From Haliotis rubra (taxonomy: Eukaryota), in assembly GCF_003918875.1 (NCBI RefSeq), contig NW_025767102.1:868001-932000 (forward strand): a DNA stretch of 64,000 nucleotides, read 5' to 3'. The notes beneath the pieces are model-generated. The model was not told the origin of the DNA. It searched no databases and worked only from the letters and a program-made list of their open reading frames with translations. Positions 37,486 through 51,135 of this stretch are shown here, in pieces. The stretch's first letter is position 1. Every line of letters begins with the position of its first letter. A program made the translations under genes and the position numbers.

Positions 37486-40400
37486 ATGGCCGGACGTCAC
37501 ACACAGGCACGGTTTGAGTTCAGCCTCAGGAGGAAAATGACGCCTCGTGATATCGCAGACATGTTCAACGACTTTGCTGAAGACTATGAACAGGTATCAT
37601 AAATCCCTAACCAATGTTCACAATTGCCACCGTCGTATTAGACATAAGAACTGACTACTCTTGCTAAAAGTTGTTGTTTTTTAAGTCAGGATTACATCGC
37701 TTGAGTTAAGATTTTACTCAGGGCATGTGGACAACATTTCAAAATTTGTCCAAAACGATGTCCAAAGCAACAAAGCAACTTCCTAGTTACACTGTTCCCC
37801 AATTGATGTCTCTCTGACCACATGACCATTTAAACACGACTCAAAGTCGCTGCATGGATATATGTATGAATGGTTTTCTGACGGTTCTTTACATCGATGT
37901 AATCCCGACTAAAAGTACCTTCAGAATACCTCGAGGCCAAGGATTTTTTATCAAGGCAAATTTGACTTCCTAGTTACACTTTGCCCTAATTGGTGTATCT
38001 CTGACCAAACATCATCTGAATACGCGCGTTAAATCATGGTAGACAGATCAAACTTCATTGTAGTTGTGAAATGTAGATACCTAAAGCTAGTCACTAGCCA
38101 TGTAATGCTACATGTGTGTGTCTGTGTCTGTGTGTCTTTGTACTGTACTTGCCAAAATCGAATTCTGCTTACAGGTTTATTCGAACATCGGTTGGAGACC
38201 TTATGAAGTTGTCGGAGACTTCATGGCCAAAATTATCCCAGAGGAAAAAAGATCAAAAATAAAGTCTTGGACGTTGCAGCTGGCACAGGTTTTCTTGGAA
38301 ATGAGGTAACTAATAGCTCAAAACCCTTTCACATCGATAGAAAATGTCTTCTGAGTTGATTGTACAATCCCGACTATGTGTACAGCGTGAGCATGTGTTT
38401 ATGCATCACTAGTTTCGATACCAGATGTTCGCAAAGGTGAGTGCATCCTGCCCAGCCGGTGGTACTCATCAAAAACAAACACAAATCACCTGAAACAACA
38501 CCAGGGCGTGTGGTACAAGTCAAAATAAGGAATTGCCCTATGTCACCGATGCGTCAAATTTGAAAAGTCCTCCACGTGTCTACCATAAAACGTTTTACAT
38601 GTTTTACTCAGGCCTTTGACTGTGACCTTGACTGTAACAACATCTAAGCATGTGTTATATGACGCTCTTTGAAATCTTGATAAAAAGTACATGCTCAATT
38701 GAACCATTAAATTCAATATTTAAGGAAGGTTTAAATCGTCTCCTCTAAGAAACCGTCTTGCAGTTCAGTCTGCGAGTTTACATAGCCTACAGTATCTTCA
38801 CTGATACGACAGCTTCTAAATACTTCTAAAATATTGTGGATTTGTACTTTCAGAATCTTGAAAACATTTGATCGTATATATTTACTGAATATTTTGCTCT
38901 CCAGAATGAACACATCGCTTTTTCATCTCAAATGTTTTGCATGTTGTAAAATTGGTGTTGGCAGGGTTGACAACTTACTACAGCTTCTATATGGACATTT
39001 ATTGGTTATGGTTGGGGCATCTCTTCAGACCGAAAATACTTGTATCTGAGCAATTTTACTTGATACTTTTCAGCTAAAGAATCATTGGTTCACAAACGTC
39101 GATGCTTTGGATCCAGCAGAGAAGATGCTGAATGTAGCCAAAGGGCGCAACATCTACCAAAGATACCTCTGTGCATTCATTAACAAAGACAGGAACGATG
39201 CCATAGAAACGGGTGAGAAACACAAAGTAAATGCTAAGCGTGGTCGTGTTCAATGGGTCGACATAACTGATATCAAAACCACCCATATATACTCACCAAC
39301 ATTGAAAACGCACCACATTACTAAAAGCACGTGTAAGGAATTGATATTTTTTGAGTGGATAATAACAGATGGACGACTGACAAAAACAACAACATAGAAA
39401 AGACGTTCATTCATTTAATTGTTCCACAGTCAGAAAGGATCAAACACACGTGGGGTCAAATCGAAAAGTCAAAATCGCGTGTGACCGCCATTTGCATTGA
39501 CACATGCCGCGAAAGACTTTGACGTACTTCGTCCCACAAGTGCTCACTGGGGGATACATCTGGCGACAGTGCTGGCCAGTGAAGTACCTGGATGTGTTGC
39601 TGGGCCAGATACTGCATGGAAAGTCTAGCTGTGTGTGCTCGTTGTTGAAAAGTATGAACATCTTGGTGGTGATTGAAGAACGATACGACGTGATTCGGAA
39701 GAATCTGGTCACGGTAGTAAAGGGCATTAACTCTCCCTTGACAGACATGAAGGCAGTCTTGTGATTGTAACTTATTCAACCCCAGACCATGACATTCCCA
39801 CCACCCAACGGTCTGTCTGAACCACACACTCATCAGCATAACGTTCACCACGTCTACGCCAAACACGTAAACGGCCGTCAGCATTACGTAAATGAAGACG
39901 TGACTCGTCAGTGACTACCACACCATACCATTGCTGTAACCTTTACTGATCATGCCTGCTGGCCCATTGTATACGCTCATTACGGTGTCTGTCAGTCATC
40001 ATTGGTCCAAGGTAAGGACGTCGAGCATGGAGCCCTGTAGCGTGTAGACGGCGTCGCATGGTGTCAACGCTGATGACCCCACGTCGCCCTTGAACTAATG
40101 CAGCAGTCCTGGCAGTTGGCAGTGTTCGATCACGGATATGGTCAAGGTCAATATGGCGATCCTGACAGGGCGTCGTGACACGTTGTTGCCAAGGTCGTGG
40201 AAGGTCACGGGTGCTGCCAATCTGCTGATGTCGTCTATTAAGCCTAACGATGGTGGAGTGGCCAAGTCCAAGTTGTGGAGCGATATCCCTATTGCTGGTG
40301 CCAACCTGAATCATGCCTAGTGCACGTTCTCTTCCGTGAGGTGTTAACCTTGGCATCTCTGTCTTCGTTTCACAATCGTTAGTGAAGCAATGCGAATCGT

Positions 40401-41808
40401 TTGTCATACACCTGCTTTTAATGTCACAGTCAGCATGATTTCAGAATGAAATTCGCGCTTGTTTCATGGCGTGGCTGCATGTTGATGCGTTTTGGAATTA
40501 AGAGTCATACTGTGAACAGGAATTTGTTTGTAAAGCATTTTTTTGACTAGACATGCCCTTCGAGTTCACGGTAGTCATATACATTGATCATTGTCATAAT
40601 AATATGGACAATTTTAGACTGGTGCGTTTTCAATGTTGGTGAGTATATTATTAAAATATTTATGAGTTGTTTATAAGTTATATGAAAAAATCAGCAAACA
40701 ATCACCCATCCCCTCCTCTCACCACACACCGCCCTTAGACATTGCTGAAATATTTATGTAAAATATTATATACATTTTTTTCAATACACACCTGACTATC
40801 TGCAATGCGGATATAGCTGTAACTGTTCCCAATAAAATCCCCATGATGAACAGTATTTACGGTTTTATCAAGTCATTTTCAAGATGATGCCCATTACCTA
40901 CCCACGCACAATTAGCTGGGTTCTTTCCTAAATATAGCCCTTAAATATTGACGTATAATGGGATATTTTTTTCATAAATGTTGTGCCTTTATGTTTTTAG
41001 ATTACTATGACTACATTGTGGCATCGGGTGCTTTTAATGAAGGTCTGGTTCCCTGTGACGCCTTTCAGGAAATGATTCGGATCGTTAAACCAGGTGATGA
41101 TCTTGGTTGAAATTGGCCTTACACGAGTGTTTTTATGGTGCTTTCGTATGTGTGTGTGCGTGCGTGCGTGCGTGCGTCTGGGTGGGTGTTTTCGTGGTTT
41201 TCGTGGTTGTAATCGTCGGTAGACCACACAACTGTAATATGAAGTTCGTAACATTGTGAACGTTGCAAGAATATGTGTTTGTAAATCTGTGAAACCTTGG
41301 GGGAAACATGATAGTGTTTTGTAACAAATCAGATCCCAATGAATGCAACTATTTTAGGAAATGTGTATGCTTGTCGTGAGCGGCGACTATTGGGATTTGG
41401 TGTTTAGATTCGCTTGACTTGGTTGATACATGTCATTATATCCCAGTTGCACAGATCGATGCTTATGATGTTAATCACTGGATTGCTCTTCCAGCTCGAT
41501 TATTTACATAACGCCGTCATATAGCTGGAAAACTACTGAAGAGGTCTTAGACAACAAACAAACATTCACCAACTAACTCAACAAGTTGACATTCACCAGG
41601 TGGACGAATCACTTTCACGGTTCCAACCAAGTATATCAACAACGCAGACAACTTACGGGATCGGTTACTTCCCCTTATAGACCAGCTGGCACAAGAGGGC
41701 GTGTGGGAGATCACTTCCGTTGCACTGGAAGATGGAGAAATGTCTTACACAGACGGTCCGGGGACTTTATTTAGTTTGAAGGTTTTTGTGTCAGAAAAGA
41801 AGTTTTAA
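37486..41808 (+). pseudogene. METTL27: METTL27/WBSCR27-like methyltransferase, copy 3 (-1 frameshift in coding exon 2 as assembled; may be a homopolymer error)
   Basis: Exons 37486-37593, 38175-38305, 39074-39212, 41001-41093, 41600-41808. Exon 2 is 131 nt versus 132 nt in the paralogues (A missing near 38255-38263). The other exons are open with intact splice sites. Confidence 0.85.
39290..40645 (-). mobile_element. Tc1/mariner transposon, decayed, in an intron of copy 3
   Basis: Perfect 26-bp TIRs TACTCACCAACATTGAAAACGCACCA flanked by TA. Transposase from 40356 (MPRLTPHGRERALGM..ISVDTMRRRLH..WPALSPDVSPSEHLWDEV). Absent from the paralogous introns. Confidence 0.92.
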
Positions 41809-43099
41809 GAATCTAGAAAGGTCAAAGTCTAAAATAATTTGTTTGATTGTGACAATGTTTATTTTGGTCTCACTACCTCACTATCTTTGGGGGGCGATTA
41901 TTTCAGGGTGATGTCAAATTGTTTTCCTTATTAAACTAAGGCTGAGAAACAAGACACGTGTTTCTTCCAACAGGACACCCATAAACTAGGAAAATGCTTC
42001 GAAAGGTGCTCATGTGTATGCAAGAAAGAACTATTTTCACATCATACACCAGAAACTGCTGTGATGAGGTATGTTTTTTTCTAAATGAAAACAAATACTG
42101 GAAACATAACGTGGTGATTCGAGGTTAAGCATCGCGTTCAAAATTATTTAGCGACATCACATAAAATGATAACGTTATTTCTATAATTTGCGGCAATGTT
42201 TTCAGATGACGTCCCTTTGCTACCAATCGAGAATTCCTGAAAACTATTTTCACCTATATCCGTGTTACCATGACTGACGAATGTTGAATGTATTTCATAA
42301 CAATTCTTAAAACTAAGTTATGTGGATGACAGTCAAAAAAGGGTAAATTTCCATGTTAACTGCAAAAGCTATTAGTTAAACAAACTAAGGGAAAGGTTCC
42401 CATAGTTTGTAACTAAAGTCTACTCTCTCATAGTCATGTGTACGCTCTCATAGTAAGCCGAGCAGCCTCTGTTCCATAGTAGCTACCGCAGTTCCCGGTA
42501 GGGCGCTGGTGTAGCTATGTTTAGAAAATGGCCAGAACTTGGTTCACCGACCCGTCGCGTTTAAGGCTTAATTACACCTATTTTTGTGAGGAATTCCGCG
42601 CGGTTTTTTTTACATATGACAAGTACAAACCTTCGAATTGGCGTATTTCGCACAACTGTATATCCTCGACGAGAAAACGATTAAATATGAGTTAAGTGAA
42701 ATTTCAGACATCTGCCAAATACCTTAAAATCAACAAAGTCAATAAAAGACGGGTAAATACGCTTAATATACATCTAAAAGAAGTTAAAAAAATTTTTTGT
42801 GTATTTTTGTTCAATCATCAAAGTGACGAAAAAAAGGCTGGAAGTTTTCAGTCGGTCAGTTGTTTAGAGTTACCTCCCCTCTTATCTGACGTCACAAATT
42901 CCCTGGCACTTCCAATGATCGATTCCGCAGAGGGTAAAAAAGGTATTTTTAATCAAAATCATCATTATGAAACCTTATATTTTCGTTGATATCGCCATCT
43001 ATTTATTTTCTGATACTTTAAGCATCATATTAATGCATCCAAATTTGAAGAAAATGCGGAAATTGTATATTAAGCGAGTTTAAAAGTTTTTGCTTGTTA

Positions 43100-43450
43100 G
43101 TAACTAATTATCATAATTTATGCTGCGTTTGCAAAAATGAAAACACTTTTCTGCTTCTTAAAAAGGCTTTAAATGAGAACAGAAGATGATTGAGCAAGTA
43201 GTTTAACCTGTCAGGAACTTACCATCTGTATGGAAATAGAGTATAATTAGTTTAGAATATTTTATGTATTTAAATAATATTATCAACTAATTTTCATAAT
43301 TATGTTGCATTTGCAAACCTTAAAACACTTTTATGCTTCTTAAACAGGCTTTAAATGAAAACAGAAAGTGATGAGTAAGTAGTTTAGCCTGAGAAACGTA
43401 CTGTCTATATGAAAATATAGTATAATTATTAGAATATTGTATGTATTTCA
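43100..43450 (+). repeat. Two-copy tandem repeat of about 180 bp
   Basis: 43100-43270 aligns with 43285-43450 (aaacactttt.tgcttcttaaa.aggctttaaatga). Confidence 0.8.
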
Positions 43451-45087
43451 ATGTAAGTTTGAAAATGTTTCAGATATCCTGATCCTGTAAGCAAAAGTTT
43501 CATTGTGATTGCCAGTGGTTGGACTAAATGGAATTGGGGGTGTGTATTTTAACTTTGTAGACATAGATCATCAATTGTTTAACATTCTACATAACAGGTA
43601 TATGTAAATGTAATGTAATAGGTGAATGTTCTTGTGGGTGCAAAAGTTATTGTTATTTCTTGTGATTAGGAAATGTTCAAATGAGCAATATTGGAAAAGA
43701 TATCGTTTCAAGCTGTCTATTATCTTCTGATTGATGTAGCTTGACAATCTTATGGATTAACTAGATGTCAATCAGCCAGCCAACTTCAATCTCAAGTCCC
43801 CAGCATCAAGTTTTTCAGCATCAAGTTTTTTTAGCATCAAGTTTTTCAGCATCAAGTTGCAGGATTGTTAAACCTCCTTTTAAATCCAAAGACCAATTAC
43901 TGGTGAAATGTCAAACATCATTCATATGCAATTTCTGAAACCACCTCATTATCAAATGTAGGAATGTAGATAAAAGATGGTATACTTCAGTGACAATGTT
44001 GAATATTTTTCAGATTTCCTCAACATATGAAATGTAAAAAAATAATTCTTAGAAAATGTCAAGTTACCTCTTTCTATGAATTTATGTAAAACACCCAAGA
44101 ATCGTTATCACCAATATAACATGCAAATGTATAATGCAGCTATGGATTCCAGTTCCGAATCGGACAGCATTATTATGCCAAGCAGAAGCCGTGCAAAGAG
44201 ACGCAAAAGGCAACAGCAGGCACAAGTCGCACAAAAGAAAAAAGAGACTCGAAAGGCTCCAGGAGGTGAAAAGGTGATCATGTAGTTTAAAATGTAACTA
44301 TGGTATCATAATCCACCCAAAAATGTTAAAGGTTAACGAGAATAACATTATCCTGCTTATGTACAATGACTTATCATCCGGTTTGATGTCATGAGTGTGC
44401 CTTTAATATCAGAACAACCTCAAACTATCATGCTTTAACATGTAGTTGTCTTACATTTTCTTAAAGCAGCTATTATTATAATGGAGATGTGGTTTGAGAT
44501 ATTTTGGATGAATAATACTAGCACCCTCTCGTAACATTATACCCTGTCTTATGAAATTCCATCTCTTTGCTTCATAGACTCTTGAGTAGAATGTCTCCTG
44601 TGACATGAACTGTTGCTTGTATGTATGCTTACAATTTTGTATAGAGTGTCATTTGTCACGAGGATATATTATAACACTGCAACCACTATATATCATTTTA
44701 TCTAATATCACAAAAGCAAGTGAGATTGATTTAGATTTTGTAACTCAACTAACCAGATATCTATTACAGGAATTACTAATTGAATCACAGGGGGATTCTG
44801 AATATGGTCAGTTTGTACCAGGAGATGCGAGTCCAGAAAGACCCACTTTAGAGTCATTTCCCCAAAACGTGAAATCAGACCAAGGATGGAATCCTTAGAT
44901 TTCTCAGAAGTACCTGTGCCCAAGACAAGGGCACCCTCTCCATGTCTTCCAAGTCAGCTCGTCTTCAGTCAAAGTCAGGAAGAACCAGGTCCAACCAGGA
45001 CATCCAGGCAGACTTATGTACCTCTCACATCATCCAAGGGTACCCAGACCCTGATTACAGGAGATATCACAGGAACTGTTTTCACGG

Positions 45088-47490
45088 GTGATCTTGTCAG
45101 TAACTAAAGAGAACATGGAGGAACTGTTTTTAAGTGAACATTCAATTAAAAACAGTCGTATAGATAGGACTATTGTTGTGACGAATGGCTTAACACTAGG
45201 CGTTTCTAAACTGGCAAAATGTTCTGATATAACTTGGGCAGATATTCTGCATCTTCTTGGAAACCCATGTGATCTCAATGCATTTCGCAGCAAAGTACAT
45301 AGACTGCAGTTACAAAGAAATAAAAAGAGTGGAAAATATTTAAAGATATTTCTATCACAAGCCTTCAGCCTTCCAACAGTTGCTGGGCAAGGAGCACCAA
45401 ACCTTGGAATAGTGACTTCATTAAATACAAGACCTCCAGTTAAGACGGGAACTGAAAGTAGGCAGCCTGTAAAGTCCACAACACTACCTCAAGTTGATAC
45501 ATGTATGCTTTTAAAAGAGACGTGTCAAACAGTTACAAGAGAGTGTTACTTTGAAGAAAAGAAGAATTGATTACTGGAAGGAATCCAAAATACGGAAAAC
45601 AAAAACAACGCCAAAGGCTAAATTACCTGGAAAGAAGGAAAAGGAAACCAAGGAACAACAGAAAATATATGAATTGGAGCAAAAAGGAAAAGCTTATCCA
45701 TGAACAGGCTCTTAAAGATTCTTGTTCAACTGTTACTAACCTCACTAAACAACTGAAGGAGAAAGATGAAACTGTAGAAAAGTCAAAAAAGAAGCAAGAG
45801 ATGCTTGAAAGCAATTTAGAGTATGTGGAAACTTTGCTGAAAGATGACCAGAGCTCAAGTTTGTCCTTATATGACCAGCAGAATAAGAGCTACAAAACTG
45901 AAGCAGAGTTGTGTGTTTATGGACTACTCAGTCACACTGTAGCTTCAGAGAAAGACCCAAAGGTCATAAAGGAAGTGGCAGAATTATGTGGCAAAACATC
46001 AATTGACCGACTACCAAGTGAAGCTATTGTTCGAGAGATGAACAAAAGGAGACTTTCACATATTCAGGCAGCTGAGCAGCTTGCTTCTAGAGACAATTTA
46101 TGCTTGCAAAGTGATGAAACTCCAGAGAGTGGTACCACTGTTGAGGGCTTCCATGTGAGTGATGAGTGTGGATACACATATGTTCTTGGATTGCGGGAAA
46201 TGGCCAACAAATCATCTGCATCCACATTAGATACCCTGAAGGAGATTCTTTCAGATATATCCTTGGTTGAGGAAACCACTGAGTCTGGCACAGAAGCAGG
46301 AAAGAAAATTCTATCAAAGATAACGGCCACAATGTCGGATCAAGCTGCCACTCAGAAGTGCTTCAATGACCTTTTAGAAGGATATAGAAAAGAAATAATG
46401 CCAGAATTAGTGGAAACATGGGAGGAAATGTCAGATGAAGAAAAATCAAGTTGTTCTAAAATCAACAACTTTTTTGCGGACTCCACCTGTTAATCAACTT
46501 CAGGTCTTGAAGAAATATGAAACAGCATGTGAAGAACTGTCAACAGGTGTGAATAAGACAAAACCAGAAGAAAGTGGTTCTGTAAAGTTCATCAGGACCT
46601 CATGCAAAGCACTTGCAAGAAGTGAGGAAGCAAAGAGTGGGGCATACAGCCTATTACGTGACTACATTTTTGACAAGCTTGGTGAAAATCTTGATTTAAA
46701 ACCCTTCCATGGAAACCGATTTAATGTGCTGTTCCAGAATGCAGGAAACATTTATTTCTATAGAGATGAAATCAAGGATTTCTTGGAAAACACGATCAAG
46801 GACAGAAATCGTCTTCTTCAGTCAGTTTTGGATGATGACAAGGTGACAGAGAACATTGCAGCAGCCAAATCTCTTGGACTGATTGAGAAGTTTATTACTT
46901 CTCCTCTCTGGAGGATCATCGAGTCCAAATGCCATATCTTGGACATGAATGAGCACTACCTGAATCTCCTAAGATTCTTAGAAGCAGCAGCCAAGGATGC
47001 CATACCATTTCTTCAAGGAAAACACATGCCATTCCCTGAGTATGCATGCAGGGAGAAAGATAGAGATGAATTGGAGGAAGGTGCAAGCACTTGCAGAACA
47101 AAAAGAAAGCAGAAATGGGGAGATGCTGTATTGAAATCTCTAATGGAAGAAAGTAGATACGATGACAAGGTCACAGACATCCTACAAATGACCTTCGCAG
47201 CCTTGCAGAGGGCAGCAGATGAATCTAATTACATTAATAGGCTCCACTTTCTCCACAAGAAGAGAAGCTGATGTAATTAGAAAAGGCAGTCCCTTGTTGG
47301 TTGGAAAGAAAGTGCTTCATACCTTTGAAGAAGATGGAGAACAAGTGACATACAGCGGACGAGTAATAGATACAGTCAGGGGTTTCCCAGAATGGTACAA
47401 CATCATCTATGACAATGCTGAAGTGGTGTACACGTACACGCTCCAGGATGACTTTGAGAAAGGGGATTTGAAACTTGTTGGTGAGCCTCA
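45088..47490 (+). mobile_element. Frameshifted hAT-like DDE transposase gene followed by a Spin/Ssty-like Tudor domain
   Basis: Coiled coil, then LQSDET (D1), TMSDQAA (D2), FF[C]GLHLL (CxxH restored across a frameshift near 46475) and GNRFNVLF (RW-like). LVGKKVLHTF..YSGRV..WYNIIYD..VYTYTLQDDFEKGDL at 47293-47480. Element ends and subfamily unresolved. Confidence 0.7.
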
Positions 47491-48527
47491 AGTTGGAATG
47501 CACCTCTCAACGTTGGAATTGGAATGTTACATGAACTTTTACACTTTGATTTGCATCATCTACATGTGATTTATTAACATGAATCCAATCAAAACCTATC
47601 AACATATTTCTGTAGCATGCATTTAAAGGAAGACCATGCTGTATGAAATTATGTGTCCATAAAACAAACATAAAGGTTGTTTCATTCCACTTTCTTGAAC
47701 CTGATCCTGGTCTCTGATGATATAGACTGTTGAATATTTACAGATGCATGCAGGTAGTCCACTACTACAGCTATACTGAAAATGGACTGAGCAGTATAGT
47801 GTCTCTTTAATGCCACTATTTCTCTGTGTGATTTGAGGAGACCATTTCCTTTAAAAACATGACAAAATGTTCTGTGAAATATGTAAGAAAATTCTGTACC
47901 TGAGAAATATTGGCAAACATACTGTGCAAAAGTTTGCATGGGTGTAAATAGGGTTGATTACTAACCAGTTTCTCACTAACAATTCAGTTTGTAGAATAGA
48001 TAAACAGGTTTTTTCATTTGTTGTATTGTTGGTAAGTTTTGTGTCGGATACTTCCAATATCATAAATGGTTGTCTTCCATTTCAGTTCTACACTGCATAC
48101 TTTGAAAGTGTAATTGTCATCCATATGAATGATGTTGTATCAATAAAAACAGATTCACAATATATTTTTCATATCAAATTTGGTTAATTGAGTACAATGT
48201 TCTGTAAACTTTACACAGTCATTTTTTATAACAAAGTGTTGTATACTACTTGTAACTAATAATATTCTACTATTTCAACAGTTGAAACCTCACCCAGTCA
48301 TGATTCCGAATAGATGAATACGGAGACAGTCTGCCCAGGTATTACTTTCATCATTTATTAGGACATTATGTTCCTCTTGAAATAATTGGATTTTAAAGAA
48401 ATAATTTATCCTGATTTATGACCATGTGGACTTAACTAATGTTTCATTGAAATATTTCTATTATAGAGCTGCAAAGACTTTTCTACTGTCCGTCCATATT
48501 GTTTTTTCCCATATTTTTATCCTCCAG

Positions 48528-49920
48528 ATGATAACAAAAAATGTGATGCGGAGACCAACCATGGAAACAACGATAACAAAAAATGTGATGCGGAGACCAA
48601 CCATGGAAACAACGACAACAAAAAATGTGATGTGGAGAGCAACCATGGAAACAACAATAACAAAAAATGTGATGCGGAGACCAACCATGGAAACAACGAT
48701 AACAAAAAATGTGATGTGGGAGCAACCAAGGAAACAAAAATAACAAAAAATGTGATGCGGAGACCAACCATGGAAACAACGATAACAAAAAATGTGATGC
48801 GGAGACCAACCATGGAAACAACGATAACAAAAAATGTGATGCCAAGAGCAACCATGGAAACAACAACAACAAAACATGTGAGTCCGAGAGCAACCATGGA
48901 AACAACGATAACAAAAAAATGTGATGTGGGAACAACCATGGAAACAACAATAACAGAAAATGTGATGCGGAGACCAACCATGGAAACAACGATAACAAAA
49001 AAATGTGATGCGGAGACCAACCATGGAAACAACGATAATAAAAAATGTGATGCCGAGAGCAACCATGGAAACAACAAAAACCAAAAATGTGATGTGGGAG
49101 CAACCATGGAAACAACAATAACAACAAATGTGATGCGGAGACCAACCATGGAAACAACGATAACAAAAAATGTGATGCGGAGACCAACCATGGAAACAAC
49201 GACAACAAAAAATGTGATGCGGAGACTAACCATGGAAACAACAATAACAAAAAATGTGATGCAGAGACCAACCATGGAAACAACAATAACAAAAAATGTG
49301 ATGCAGAGACCAACCATGGAAACAACGATAACAACAATATGTGATGCGGAGACCAACCATGGAAACAACGATAACAAAAAATGTGATGCGGAGACCAACC
49401 ATGGAAACAACAATAACAATAAATGTGATGCGGAGACCAACCATGGAAACAACAATAACAAAAAATGTGATGCGGAGACCAACCATGGAAACAACGACAA
49501 CAAAAAAACATGTGATGCGGAGACAAACCATGGAAACAACGATAACAAAAAATGTGATGTGGGAGCAACCATGGAAACAACAATAACAAAAAATGTGATG
49601 CGGAGATCAACCATGGAAACAACGATAACCAAAAATGTGATGTGGGAGCAACCATGGAAACAACAATAACAAAAAATGTGATGCGGAGACCAACCATGGA
49701 AACAACGATAACAAAAAATGTGATGCGGAGACCAACCATGGAAACAACGACAACAAAAAATGTGATGTGGAGACTAACCATGGAAACAACGATAACAAAA
49801 AATGTGATGCGGAGAGCGACCATGGAAACAACGACAACAAAAAATGTGATGTGGAGACCAACCATGGAAACAACGATAACAAAAAATGTGATGCCGAGAC
49901 CAACCATGGAAACAACAATG
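48528..49920 (+). repeat. 42-bp minisatellite, about 33 copies
   Basis: Unit ATAACAAAAAATGTGATGCGGAGACCAACCATGGAAACAACG with 41-44 bp variants. Confidence 0.97.
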
Positions 49921-50559
49921 GAATATTCATGGTAATGTAGTTCTGACATCCATGCAGGCTTCTTCCTAGGTTGACCTACACTGTGATATAACTGACCTAC
50001 CTTTGCTTAAGAAATAGTTTACTCACTCTGAACATCAAAAGAATTTTGTAAACATTTTATGTCGAAATTCAACTATCACTGTCGTTATTGTTAGTGTTAT
50101 GTTTTTAATGAAGATTTGACTTTAATTTTGAATTGGATAAACCTTGTAGGCTCCTATTGTAATGAAAAAGTAAACATCTGCTGTGGTCGATTCATTTTAC
50201 AAGTTGATGAGTCAAGCATAATAACTTTCTTCTTCCAGATGATCCCGACATTCACATCTCGCCATGTACTGCCGACTGGACACCAACAGGAATACTTTGA
50301 ATGTATGTCTTAAAAAATATATGAAAACCAAAGTTTTAAATGGAATACAAGCTGTCGTTCCACCCTCATTTCTATGACATACCATGATATACATGACCTG
50401 CTGTGGCAAAACAAACTTCTGAGGTTATAAATTACGTCTGAAATAGTAAAGAAGAAATTGAGTTCATTGTTTTATGGTTGTTCTTCCTCTATATTTCAGG
50501 TATGCTCCTGTTTCCAATAATGGCAGCCTGAAACAGAAGACAAAGATTAAGCTGAAAAC

Positions 50560-51135
50560 TGATAGTGTTCTGTTGTTAAACATATATTTTGCTTCTTTAA
50601 AACCTTGTTGATGTACAGGGGTAAATGTGATGTAAAATGTATAGTTTGTAGCTTTGTTGATATTTGGGAGTCTGCTAGTCACTGACACTTCAATTCAGCT
50701 TCTTAATCATGGAAGTGATAATTGATGCTGATATTAAGTTGTGTTTTGCTTCTTTAAAACCCTCATTGATGTACAGAGGTAAATGTGATGTAAAATGTAT
50801 AGTTTGTAGCTTTGTTGATATTTGGGAGTCTGCTAGTCACTGACACTTCAGCCTCTAAATCATGGAAATGATAATTGATGCTGATATTAAGTTGTATGTT
50901 TTGTTTTTTCAAAACCTCATTGATTTACAGAGACAAGCCTGATGAAAAACCTATAGTTAGTAGAGCATTGTTGATTTTTTTGGGATTCTGCTACTCACTA
51001 AAACTTCAGCCTCAAAACCAAGAAAGTAAGTGATGATTGATGCTGATGTTAAGTTGTATGTTTTTATTTTTAAAACCCCATTGATGTACAGAGATATATG
51101 TGATTAACAATCTATAGTTTGTAGTTTTGTTGAGA
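50560..51135 (+). repeat. Degenerate tandem repeat of about 160 bp, 3-4 copies
   Basis: Recurrent aaaacc..attgatgtacagag..tatagtttgtag..ctgctagtcactgacacttca. Confidence 0.8.

Noticed and set aside
48528-49920. CRISPR-like periodic array
   Set aside because: Units are head-to-tail with no unique spacers, there are no cas genes and the context is eukaryotic; it is a minisatellite.
48461-49949. Long ORFs of 207-488 aa on both strands
   Set aside because: By-products of a stop-poor 42-bp repeat; unit-length variants switch frames.
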